Shown here piece by piece: positions 1 to 12,833 of a stretch of 64,000 nt of DNA (its first letter is position 1; each line of letters opens with the position of its first letter). The stretch spans positions 38,938,001-39,002,000 of the forward strand of contig CM097885.1 of the NCBI GenBank assembly GCA_044892525.1, in the 5' to 3' direction. Below the pieces are notes generated by a model. It was not told the DNA's origin, did no database searches, and saw nothing but the letters and a program-made list of their open reading frames with translations. The DNA comes from Schmidtea polychroa. Taxonomy: Eukaryota. A program made the translations under genes and the position numbers.

Positions 1-49
<49 letters not shown>

Positions 50-50
50 T
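1..50. repeat. (AAT)n microsatellite
   Basis: Direct trinucleotide run at the window start. Confidence 0.95.
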
Positions 51-1580
51 TTGTTAGTAACAATAAACATGTATTTAATTTGTTTGTCGTCATATTGAAA
101 ATTTAGCAATAAGACAAAATTTACATAATTAAATAAATATTCCGTAAAAAACATTTTTGAATAAATTTTTGATAACTTCCAATTTCGGAGGTGTAATTTA
201 TGTAAATATTAAATATTTTAGAAATATTTAGTTTTATTATTTAACATCATCCATTCATGCATATTTAAAATTACAAAAACAATTAAAAAAGCTTTTTGAA
301 TTTTCTAATTTAAAATCAAATATTAAATAAGCTTCAAAAATTTTAAAAATTCTAATTTATCAAAACTTTTCTCATAATAACATCATGAGTTTTAATTATG
401 AATTTAAATTACACAGAATATTTATAAGTACATATATCCCACATATCCTCTTTTCAAAAATTTACTGTAATTTTTATTTTTTTAATCTTTTCATGTGATT
501 TGTCTATTATTTTTTCAGGATCTATTTCAGGATCATCAATTTTCTTATCCTCTTTTGTTATTATATTCAAATATATTAACACCTATTACCAACATGAAAT
601 TCTCTATTAGTTATTAACGTGTTATCATACCATATCTATATTTAATTCTTTTCAATTATTATTCAGATTCTTTTCTTCCATTAATTTTAGTTACAGGTGA
701 TTCATTTTGTCAAAAAATTGTTTTAACCTTTAGAAGACCGGGGGAAAATACGTGTAGGACCCACCGCTTTCGTCAGGGGCCGCTCATTGGGTGAAAATAA
801 ACACCATATATTTTTCGCTTATAGTTTCAAACTCCAAATTGCTCTGTACGTATTTTTAGTTGGTCTCATATGTACAATTGATCTGCTAAAAGTTTAAATA
901 ATTATCAAAATAATTAACTTAGGTAACTATGAATAAAAATCATGCCAACTTGTGCATAATCAACCGAAAATAAAACTTTTATTTTGAATTATTGCAATAT
1001 AAATTTACTATTTTATGACTCTTTCATATTTCAATCGCTCGCGTTGTTACTATTGCTTAGCAACTGGTAAATTTTATGTATTTAGATATTTTGTTTTAAA
1101 TGATTCAGAGTATTTTTCATTATCAATACATGTAGAAGATAAACGGGAAGATTATTATTGTTCTTTTTAAATCCATTGAGAAATTTAAGATATTTTCCCC
1201 CCGGTATCGGTAATTATTTTACCTTTCCCAATCACGAGGTATGATTATTTCTCATCCAGTTTTCATTTGGTAAATTTAATGCATCAACTTTAATTGTGAT
1301 TCGCATTTATTTTCTGAGGAAACTTTGGCAATTTTTGTTTAATTAATCCAGTAGATTTTGTTTGAATAACTTTTAATTATATTTGGTTTATTTTTCCTTT
1401 AATATAAATGAGTTGGATTAGAATTAATTCTTTAAAGCTCGATCAAGGGTTTTCGAAAGTATTATGAAAGCATATAAAATACAACAAATTAATTGTTAAA
1501 TTGTAATAAATTCTATATTCCCAAAATCTTAAGCACGACAGGAGAAAGATCTTTTACTCACGATTGTTTTTCACTAATTC

Positions 1581-1810
1581 CAGTGGTTCCCAAACGTTCT
1601 GGTGCTGTGACCACCTGGTAACATTTACCAAGTTGCTGCGAACCCAACGATAAAATTAATCCGGTTGCTTCTCCTTCATTGCATTGTGGTTGGTAATTGT
1701 TATGTATTTGACTTCTAAAATATCTGATAGTTTATAAAGACCATGTTTTAGTCACAAATTTTGTTTAATTGAATCAAATGAACTTCAGACTCACAGGCTG
1801 GAAACCACTG
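1581..1810. mobile_element. hAT (Charlie-like) MITE
   Basis: Ends CAGTGGTTCCCA...TGGAAACCACTG. Imperfect 8-bp flanks actaattc / accaattt. Confidence 0.65.
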
Positions 1811-2243
1811 ACCAATTTCCAACGAATTATAATTTGATTGACAAGATTGACAAGGACTATCTTATAGTCGAAAGTTTTTTCATTAAATACATTATTTGCA
1901 GCAAAAGGCTTAAATTATCATTTTATTGTTTTAAATAATAAATGCTGCTACCAAGAAATCATCATTTTATACTATAATTGTATTGTACATAAATACTTTT
2001 TTATTAAATTACTATCTTACTTTTTGTACTTGTAACTTTTGATTCATCAGTTAGACACGTGTAACATAAAAAATGGCCATGATTACCATTCATATAGATA
2101 ACTGAAGTCGAAATTATATTTCTTTTCTTTAATACTACAATAGTGGCCATCTTTAAGTTTGTTATTCTGTTTATTAATTTTTGATTTATCCATTGAGTTT
2201 CTTGTGTAGTACACAATATATTATTTTTTCCAATAGTAAAATA

Positions 2244-3328
2244 CAGTAAACCCTCCAACTGCGCGATTTTTCATTGCGCGGTTTCGCAATTGCGCGGCCA
2301 AACCTTTAATACCAAAATTTCGATCTGCGCGCTAAAAATTTCGTAGTTGCGCGGTTTTTTTTTGTTTTTGTCTATTTTAACAAGAAAAATCATGTCAATT
2401 TAATTTTTTATGGTGAATCCCGTAAAACTACGAATACATATGGTAGTGAAAATAGTGATTCATCGTATTTCGATGCACTGTATTTTTTATATAAAAATAA
2501 TAAAGGCAGTTTCATTTTTCTAGTGATGTGGTTAGGATTAGGATGTAAAATTACAAAACAATTGGTGGGGACGGTTTTCAAAATTTAGAATCAGAAGATA
2601 TCACGGAATTCCTTGTGTCAAATGAAGAAAATAATACTGTTGACGATATTTTGACACAGTTCGGCGGTAATACTGATGAAAATGATGAAAGTGAAGAAGA
2701 TGTACAGATTACAAAAGAGAAAAAGTTTACTACCGAAAAACTATCAAGTTTTTTAAAACTTGGTAGTCAACTTGAACAGCAAGCTCTTAATATAGACCCT
2801 GATATGGAGCGTGCCTTAAAATTTCGGAGAAATCTGACAGCAGCTTTAGCACCATATGCTGAAATTTATAAAGAAAAACAAAAAGCTGGTAAGCAATCAG
2901 TGTTAACAAGCTTTTTTCAAAAAATTATACAATCACAGCCAATAGAATCAAGCTCATCAGCATGTAGCAGTGATTAATATAACGTTACTAATGTTAATTT
3001 TTATTTATGTTTAGTCGTTGAATTGAGACTGTTTTTTAGTTCTTGTATTGTTTTTTATAATTTTTATTTATGTTAAATTTTTATTAATTTTTATAATAGT
3101 AATATTAATTATGTAAAAGCAATGAATTGAGACTGTTGTTATTTGTTTTTATGTTTATATAAATGTAAATATGTATATTAGTCGTTGAATAAAGACTTTT
3201 TATTATATTTTTGTAATATCTGGAACCTAACCCCATAATTACATATAAAATCGGGTTCACAGTGCGCGGTTTCGGTTTGCGCGTTGTTTTTGTGGAACGT
3301 ATCTACCGCGCAGTTGGAGGGTTTACTG
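2244..3328 (+). mobile_element. pogo/Tigger-like internally deleted DNA transposon
   Basis: TIR CAGTAAACCCTCCAACTGCGCG and its exact reverse complement at the right end. TA on both flanks (2242-43, 3329-30). Subterminal TGCGCG repeats. Confidence 0.9.
2615..2977 (+). pseudogene. C-terminal remnant of a pogo/Tigger transposase
   Basis: Acidic stretch, then ...DPDMERALKF...PYAEIYKEKQK...QSVLTSFF, typical of Tigger C-termini. Lies inside the TIR element. Confidence 0.75.
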
Positions 3329-4737
3329 TAATCTTTTTCTTTTCTTAAATAATTAAAGGCAAGGAGAGGGTTAGTAAAGTTTTATTTTTGTGGTTTATTT
3401 TTGTGGCTAATAATATATTTCTAAACTTCAATGATAGAGAGTTATTAATTAATTTAATGATTGTTTTTCATTTAATTAATTAAAAAATTATTTAATTTAA
3501 ATTTTTTTAAAGTTTATGTTAAAATTAAAAATTATAATAAGATAAAATTAAAATTAAAATATTTTAAAATCTTCTTTTTAATATATTTGCTACAAATTAA
3601 AAAAAAACTTTTATATTTAAATTGTAATATTTTCTACTTAAAAAAATATTTTTATTAAAAAAGATATAATTAATAAATTTGTTCATAAAATCAATACTTT
3701 CTATAGTTTTTCTATCCTACCTGACGATACAGGAAAACTGTCGAAATATATTGTAAAATGAATTCCGAGTGGCACTTTCTTATAATTAAATCGTTGCCAA
3801 GTATGTAATTGTTATTTTTCAAAAATCAATAATTTACTTTAATACTACTTTTTGGTAGTGAGGAGGATGTTTGACGCGGCTTTAAAGAATAATCTATTTA
3901 ATTATAATAAAATAATTAACACATTTTTTCATCTGCCTGCCAATTAAAAATCAAATTTTCAAATTAACCCTTCGATGAACTTTGAAGAATTTGAAGTGAA
4001 ATTAATAAAAATGACTCAGGAAGACGTGATTAGTTTTCTAATGATAAGAAATTTAATTAAAAAGGAAGAAAAATGTTGTTTAGTTTTATTTGTAATTCAT
4101 TTTAATATATTTTTCTTAAATTTAGGTTTTATTTAATTTCTATTTAATTATTTTTAAATTTTTAAAATAATTTCAGGCAGATTAAAAAACGTGAGCCGAA
4201 ATATTTTATAAATAACTTAAAATCTGTTAATATATTATTTTTCAATATTCTGTCTTATGTTTCAATTGTATTTTAATTTACTGAAATCATGTTGTTTTCA
4301 TTCATTATATTTGAGAACTTTTCATTTTGTAAAATCCTTTTTTGTATATTTATAGATATTTAGTCAAAATTCCATTTCCTACTTTGTAATGCAGATGAAC
4401 AGGCTCTCAGTAATTTACACATGATTTTCCTGTACACTCAGCTGCGTGGGGGGTTTGCAAATTCTGTATTGCAAATGCAGTAGATAAACTTTGAATATAT
4501 AAAATATTCAGATAAACTTAAAGAAAATTATCATAAAAATATAAATAATAAATATTGAAGGTATCTTGATTAATATTGTTAATGTAAAATAACAAAAAGT
4601 AAGCAAGCTGTTGCTGCAAGTTTTAATAAAAGTTTCTTCACCATTGTTTACTTTCAATTTTCTTTAGCTTCATTTCTTAAATTGATAGTCTAAAAATGAA
4701 AAAGAAGATAAAGTAAATTATTCTGTTAACACTGTTG

Positions 4738-5043
<306 letters not shown>

Positions 5044-5949
5044 GTAAAATTTATTCTGTAAGTAGCTCATATTAAATTCGGTAAAAAGTTTGCTAATTTA
5101 CTGATTAATATTGAATCATTGTGCTATGAAATACCTACAAGAAATTCCTAAATATTATTTCATATCAAATCCTAAATATATTCAGTTCAATATTCGCTAC
5201 GCAATCTGATCAGATTAATTTGACATTTACAGTAGAGATATTTTATGTATTAACTGTAAATACGGGACAGAGGTTTAGTTGGGATCATATTTATTCTAGA
5301 CAAAGTATCGATCAAGAAATATGCCAAAAACCAACAATGTTAAATTTGGTATAGCACGGATGGTAGTCATTGGCAAATCCTATTGGGAAAATGATTTTAA
5401 AATTAAAAATTACTCTATTTTAATTTTGCAATTCTGTTCAATTTGAATTTTTTATTAGGTTAAGCTAATGGGTTGACTTAATAAATTTTCATTGAGCCAT
5501 GACAGAGAGACCGCGAGGAACGCCGATAGTCTATTAGTAGACATGGAATGGTCATCCAATTGAGTGTATTGTGGAATTGTACTAGGAATAATGTTTTACA
5601 TATCTTTTTATTTATTGAAATCTCAATTTATGAAAATGTGAATGATAAATTACACGATGAAACATTAAGAGAACGTTTTAATGACTATTGTCAGTAATTT
5701 TTAAATTAAAATAAAAATTAACCGTAATAGAAATTCAATAGACACATTCACCAAGAATAATGGGAAAATGGTTTTATTTAAAACAAAATAAAGTTTTTAT
5801 TTATACACTTAGCATGACAACAAAATATTTACATTGTAGAGAATCAAATTCTACACATATTTTGTTAAACTGATCGCTAGAGTGGATCAAATTGTCAAGG
5901 TGCAAACAAATGTTAGTTTACAAAAAAATACGTGTACCACTGGCAATAC

Positions 5950-6400
5950 ATCTTTTGAAAAGATAATCTTTTCCGAAATAATCCTGCTACAAGGAGACAA
6001 TTTGTAAATTTTACTTGAAACATTATTCAGTTTACAGTCTTTCTTCAAAGCTTTAATGAAATTTTAAAAAGTCCCAATTTTATATGAAGAGTAGGTAATC
6101 AAATTTTTTCTACAAGAACAATGAATTCATTTTTAATGTTGGTTTTCACTGATACTCAGTTTTTGTGAACTGTTCAAACATCTTTGTAATAGTGTTGGAC
6201 TCTTACCTGGCCGTATTATAAACATAAAAATCAGATGTATTTGGTATATCCACCTTGCAATTCTGTAAACAAGGGGTAGCCAGCTCAAATGATCTAGCGG
6301 TCCACTTTTGAAATGCATCATAACTCTGTGGGCCACATTTAAAATGATATATATCCGCATATTATATTTAAATACAATATAGACATTTTTTAGAGTGAAA
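5950..6400 (-). pseudogene. Chapaev3-like (CMC) transposase remnant, central part
   Basis: Manual minus-strand translation gives LQGGYTKYI*FLCL*...HYYKDV* and LPTLHIKLGLF..FIKAL, matching the GxQGGYTKxxCFLCxW and LPPLHIKLG motifs. Contains stops and frameshifts. Confidence 0.7.
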
Positions 6401-6439
6401 AATTGAAACACGATGAGTTATTATTATTGTGTTTACTAT

Positions 6440-7326
6440 TGTTGGTTATATTCTAGTTGATCGGTGATTATTAAGCTGCCAATCGCTGATCTGACTCTGA
6501 GCCTGTTATTTAATAACAACATCGACAAATCCAACAACGTAAAATTTTATTGATTATCACAATTGGTTATAACAAATTCCACGACACCAATTTTTAGCAC
6601 ACCTCAAATGTTTCAAATGTTATTACAACCTTTCAAGAAGAATAGCACAACAATGACAACACTCTAAGAACACAACCATTCGATTACTGCCGGTGATTCC
6701 CAAAATTGATTTGGTTGTTTTAAACTTGATTTAAATTTCTCAACTATCTCTGATTTACTAATTCAATACGCAAGTTTCTTCCGTTACCTGTTTCTCAACA
6801 ATTTATTTTACTCTCTTGGTAAATTCAAATTTCTCACAAATTTCTTTCTAACAAATTTCTCTTTTTTAGTTCCAAGTTTTTCTCGTGCCAAAGTTTACTC
6901 ATCTCCGCTAATTTGTGTTCAGTTTTATACGTTTCCATCTGATGGCACCTTTTGATAATTCATGTCTTTTCCCACCTGTTCCATTGACCTTCCATAATAT
7001 CTGGAAACTGTCGATATATATATATATATCCAATCTCTTGAATTTCCCATGCCTTTTTTCCTCTTTATCTCGAGTAGACCATCGAGGCAACAAGAAAATC
7101 TAAATTTTGTTTTGCTTTTTTTGCACTTGTACTTGTTAATTGAGAATAACCTTTTTTTATTTAATTGTCTGTCTTTATTGATTTTCTGTTCCCTTCTCAT
7201 TTTTCAATATCTCTCTTCCCTTCTATTTTACTGAGTTCCAGAAGAATATCTCATTCATTCATTATTATTTCCCCCAATCATTTTACGCCTTTAATGATTA
7301 TTTCTTTTATATAGGTATCCTCAACA
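6440..7326. mobile_element. Solo LTR (887 bp)
   Basis: TGTTG...CAACA ends. 4-bp TSD CTAT (6436-39, 7327-30). Shares the end AGGTATCCTCAACA with 18943-19903. Confidence 0.85.
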
Positions 7327-7879
7327 CTATTATCCTTCCATGTAAACATAGATAATATAATATTAATGATAATAAACGTACATTGTAAAGAAATATATAA
7401 CACTAAAAATTAAATATAAAAAATATATAAATATAAATGAAATAAAAAACTAGTGCGATATTTGTTTCTCCACTCCATCACTTAGCTTTTGCATATCGAT
7501 CTTAATTTGGGTATTTGCACATCGTAATTGGTGTTGCAGATTAGCATCCCTTATGTTTAAGCGGGTGTTGTGTATGGCCAATTTCACTTCTGTACCAGAA
7601 TTCTCAAATTGGAAAATTTCTCTTTTGTGACGCAAGTGTTATAAAAATCTATTTTTGATTCTGATGTTAGTAGTAGAAGTAATATCCATATGCGACCAAA
7701 CTCCCAAGGCACCTTTATTCGTCGTTTGCTTAAATCTCGCTAGTGAATCAACCACTCACTCGGTTTAAGACTCACTAGGGTTCAGGTGGAGATTTGATCG
7801 CAAATGGATATTACTTGTACTACTTTTTAAATTTAAATCTCTAAAAATTTAAAGCGTAAAAAATGTGGAAAAACCACAG

Positions 7880-7942
7880 TCTAGATAGCACAGTGGGAAT
7901 CTAATCAACCTACATTAACAATAGACGTGGTTCAAATCTCAA
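7880..7942 (+). other. tRNA-like Pol III A/B box remnant (SINE-like)
   Basis: A box TAGCACAGTGG (7886-96) and B-box-like GGTTCAAATC (7929-38) at tRNA-like spacing. No clear cloverleaf. Confidence 0.35.
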
Positions 7943-8899
7943 ATTAAACTACATTTTTTATAAAATAATTTTAATGTTCCTATTTTAATATAACAACTAT
8001 TTTTTACTATAGTGTATGTATTAGTATTTTATTAATGAACTTACAAAATAGATATGAAAAAATAATATAGTGATACGGGCGTGATGGCGAATCGGGAAGC
8101 ATCACCACAAGTCTTTCCAACACACCTAAGATCGATTCTTGAATTGTGTTTCTCTTTGGTTAGAATTTCTTTCGGTGTTTCGGTTTAAATCATCACTGAA
8201 ATCGGCTTCGTGTAAACATTCCAAAGATATTAGAGTCTCCACCGCTATTCCAATAATATTCTGTATAACTTACTAATTTCGACAGATATTTCAATGTTCT
8301 ACACAACTATCGATCTTCTGTAATATCAAATCGAAATCAACAGTTTTTACAATCGAAAATGTTGGGGTAAAAATATGAAATATTAAAATTTACTACGATT
8401 TAATTTCGGGAATTGTTGTAGCTGTTGTGTTTAATAATGGTTATATATAGTGTAAAAAACTGTAGTACCCGGCAGCGTCACCTTTAAAAATTGTTTCGAA
8501 ACACTTGGGTGGTTGTGTGTATTAACACTAATAAAAAGATAAGAATAGTAAATATACAATACTTTTCTTTAAATAATAAAGAAAACGACTGACATACCAT
8601 ACTACCATAAAAAACAGGATCTTCTTAAAGTTGGTAAAGTTTGAATCTTTTGAAATTTTAATTTCCAATTTAATTTTTAATTTGTGATTGATTTTTCGTA
8701 ATTCTCTAGTAATAATTTACTATAGAAAATTAATAAATATAGTTTTTATTCCAACCAGGTAGATAACGATAATAAAAATGACAATAATAATAAAATTAAC
8801 AACGCATTATAGAAACACTACCGTCCTTAAATAACCAACAGTAACTCTGTACGTCTTATTCTATGCCAAATTTCTTCAGAAGACTTGGAATTTTACAGC

Positions 8900-9300
8900 A
8901 ATATGCTTTGTTAGAAAAATTCAACGATCATTCTTTCTCTTTATAAAAAAGAAACTTGGTGTTTGAATTCAAAACATAAAACTCGTTATGCAAACATTGG
9001 AATAAACAAGCCTGTTTTTGATAATTTCAAATTTCTGAGAAAGTTTTCCAGTAGCTCTTGGTTAATTTTATCAGGATTTGACTGTAAAAAATTTTCTTCA
9101 TAACACTGATCAGAGGCAGATTTTATAACCCTCCCTATCTTGTCTACATTGTGTTTCTAGATTACAATCCCTTCTTCACAATTTTCATAGGGAATGGGTC
9201 GTAATGATGATTTCAAATTTGGATAAGCAATATGCTTTGCTGTCCTTTTGCTAAATTCCAAAATATTTGTAAGACAATAATAATAATTAGCTACGTGGAC
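8900..9300 (-). pseudogene. Chapaev3-like transposase remnant, N-terminal part
   Basis: Minus strand reads HVANYYYCLTNI...HIAYPNLKSSLRPIP and then PDKINQEL...RNLKLSK, resembling H..DCYFC...YP.LPSA.RP.P. Same strand as the 5950-6400 piece. Confidence 0.55.
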
Positions 9301-10499
9301 GTACATTTTTCTCTTGTCATATCATCTGCGTGATAAAGGTTAATTAAAACAATAAAGTGATAATTTAAGCCTTTTGCTGCGAATAATGTATTTAATGAAA
9401 AGTTTTTGACTATAAGATAGTCCTTGTAGCGTGAATCTTGATCTCCACGTTTCATTTTTAAAATAGTCATATTATCGAGTCTTGAAAAGAAAGGAATTCG
9501 GACAAATATATAATTTTTAAATAAGTATGACTCGCATATCTTGCAAAAGTTATTGGGGCCATTTTTGCAGACTCTTAATTAATATATAAATCAAAAAATT
9601 AAAATAAATAAAAATATTTAAAAGTAATTAGATAAAAATTAATAATAATAATATAAACAAAAATTTTAAAAAAAAAATAATTAAAAATACAATATCAAGT
9701 AAAAATAATTTTAAAAATGTTAAATGAAAATCAATAACTGAAAATAACTAAATCAAATAATCAAAAATATTATTGACCATTTTAATGAAGTTTTAGTTCT
9801 TCTTTAAAAATTTTATTATCAAAGTATGTTTAAATGATTTTGAGAATAAACTGGTAAACTAAGCCCAATAATGACGGTCGTAAATAACTCGTAAAATTAT
9901 AAATATAGATTTGATATGGATTACTAACAACGATTAATAAAAAAACTGAATTAGCAATGAATAATAAATTGTTCAAGAAAAACGCGACGTTAACCAAGAC
10001 AACGTTATACAAGGCAATCAAATACCCTGGTTTAGGACATTACTGCTATTACATCAATTTTGCATCGATGAAAATTTACATAATTAAGGAAAAATTATGC
10101 AACATTAACCATTGACTACATACAAATGACACCATAATTTATACTGAAATGTAAAATTCATTGACTAGTTACTAAATATTTCATTTTAACAAAATACTTT
10201 TCAAAATATCGCTAAAAATATTAAAACTTACATATTTCCCATCAAATAATCTGTGCGGAAATAGCTATTGCCTACTGTCATTTAATGAGTAGCGATATTG
10301 TAGTCAAAACTCGCCATTGATGACTGCTCCTCCTACATTTTTGTAATAAAGAAGCGCGAAAAGTCGAGGTGACTCTAAAGAGATTGTACTGTAATACATA
10401 TTTTTATTTTAATTATTAATTAAAAGATATAAATTAGAGTCACTATTGAATTTGACGAGGTTTATCGCATATAGACGAATACTCCCATGACAATTAGTG

Positions 10500-11300
10500 A
10501 ATTAGAAATTTTATTAGAAGATATTCTATTTGTCTTGCATTGCAACTTTTATGATAAAACGAAAAGAAATGATTTACAAAGTTCTTGCTTGCCCCTCATT
10601 GGTGTTGAGACAAATAAATAATAAATAATTGTTTCTCACAATAAAGTTCTTTTGTCTAGCAAATGATTATTATTTCTGATTAGATATTATTGCATTTAAC
10701 ATATTAAGATATTATTTTGCTTTAATAATAAATATTATTACTGTTGAACGAAATTTGTTTCTATTTTAACACGTTGACGGACACTTGCGTCTATAGCCGT
10801 CATATAGTGTCAATTTTCAAATATCACTTGTTTCTACTGTCCGTCAATGTGTTAAGACATTTGAGCGATATTGTTAGACAAACTTCCAGCACATCTTTTT
10901 CTGTCATTCCGACTTTCTTTCTTTACAATGCGACTGACAAAATGTATGCAATAGTTCCTCGTGTTCTTTCCAGTTTCTACATCACAAAATGTATAATGAT
11001 TAATTGATTCTATAGTTTCTGCATCATCAGAGTTATTTCTTTCATTTTCTCCATCATCCACACAAGTTATAATTTTCTCCTTCTCATAGCTGTGCTGTTC
11101 TTGACTTTTAAATAAATCGCGAAAATCATGTCCTCTCTTACCATATATTAAACATTTAACTTTTAGTGGGCATTCGAATGATCTATGCCCATAATTCCCT
11201 ACACAAATAACATTCGGTGAACGATTCTTTATCTGCCATATCTGTTGCTTTTCTGTTTTGAAAATTTGCTACAATGTAGTAACTTCATAGAAAAGAAGAA
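10500..11300 (-). pseudogene. Degraded LTR-retrotransposon gag/protease remnant
   Basis: Zinc-knuckle-like CYLC...GHRSFECP near 11165-11215 (frameshifted) and GASKNFVN near 10570-10600. Confidence 0.4.
10770..10851. mobile_element. piggyBac-like MITE (82 bp)
   Basis: TTAA flanks on both sides. TIR CACGTTGACGGAC / GTCCGTCAATGTG. Confidence 0.75.
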
Positions 11301-11824
11301 AATCGAATGTTTCTATTCATTTTTCAGTCTCTTTGCTGCATCTGACGTCATATCTACTAATTTCCATATCCAAGAGTTTTTAAGCTTGTTTGTGGTAGTG
11401 CATCTTTTACAAATCACCAAATTGTAATGTATGTTATTAATTTCAGTCAAATTCATCTCAAAATTGCGAAAATTACTGATGTTTGACCAATAAATGAGAG
11501 TTTGTTTGTCGTCACTTGAGCCTCGACTTGAAACATTTTATTGTGAGAATCAGTGCCATTTCTCTCACTAATAGTTTTAAAATAAATTTATTCCAAATCT
11601 TTAAATTTTGAATGTTTGAATTGTTGGGGTTCCGCCATAGGGAAATTGCATTTTACGGTTCCGTGAACAGAAATAGTTTGGAAAACACGATATAAATAGT
11701 AATGTGAATTCCAATATCATAACTATATAAATTAAAAATAAAAATAAATTATCAACTAGAAAAAAGTCAGTGTGGGAAAATTGGATTAAATATTAATTAA
11801 TAATTAACATAACTCATTTATGTC

Positions 11825-11825
<1 letters not shown>

Positions 11826-11893
<68 letters not shown>

Positions 11894-11912
11894 GTCATAG
11901 TAATAATAATTT
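11826..11912. repeat. (TAA)n microsatellite
   Basis: Direct run. Confidence 0.95.
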
Positions 11913-12833
11913 AATATTGATAATATAATTTTATAAAACATTTGTAAGTCTTTGAAACATCTAAGGTGTTGAAAATTGGTATCGTTGAATTCGTTGTAAT
12001 CGATTGTGATAATCAATAAAGGTTTACGTCGTTCTAATTTGTCATTGTCCTTATTAAATAACACGCTAAACAAAATAAATGAAAAGACCGAATTTAAATA
12101 TATAATTACAATACAAAATTTCGAAAAAAAACAATGGTTTTAATGATTTTTTTGCCATACAAAAAATTTCAAAGTTTGGGGGATTCTCACGTACTGCAGT
12201 TGTAATTCTTTTTTCAAAATGGTTTATATCTTCTTCGTTATCCGAAAATTCTATTTCAGAAAGTAAAAGGTGGGATTAAATGATTTTACATTAAAAGATC
12301 TTCCTTATCGATCATAAATAAAAGTATTATACCTACCAGTCCATAGATGTCTATACCTGTATGAAATATATCATGATTCCATATGGAAAGGGTTAAATAA
12401 ATTAGTTTTTTTTATGGAGCTCCAAATTTCATATATGGTTGAGATTACACTACAATTTATAAAGCACATATTTTAGACAAAGTTTATTAAAACTTTAATT
12501 ATTAATGAAAATTACAGCTATAATTAATTTCTTTAGTAAAAATATTTTTTTAGAAATAGAAAAAAATTTTCAATAAAAATTCAGTTTGCGTACGTTTTTC
12601 TTTGTATATTTTTATTACAAACAAACTTTCGAAACAATAAAGACAACGAATTAATTTGTATTTTACTAGAAGTCTGTAACAATTTTAATTAAATTGCAAT
12701 TGTAGAAGTTTCGTTCCACTCGATTGGATGAATGGAATCGACGAATCAGAATTCAATGCTAGTTGTGTTTGAATATAATCTATGGAAAAGTAATTTTAAT
12801 CATAACTGTATTCTACGAATCCTACTCAAATAA

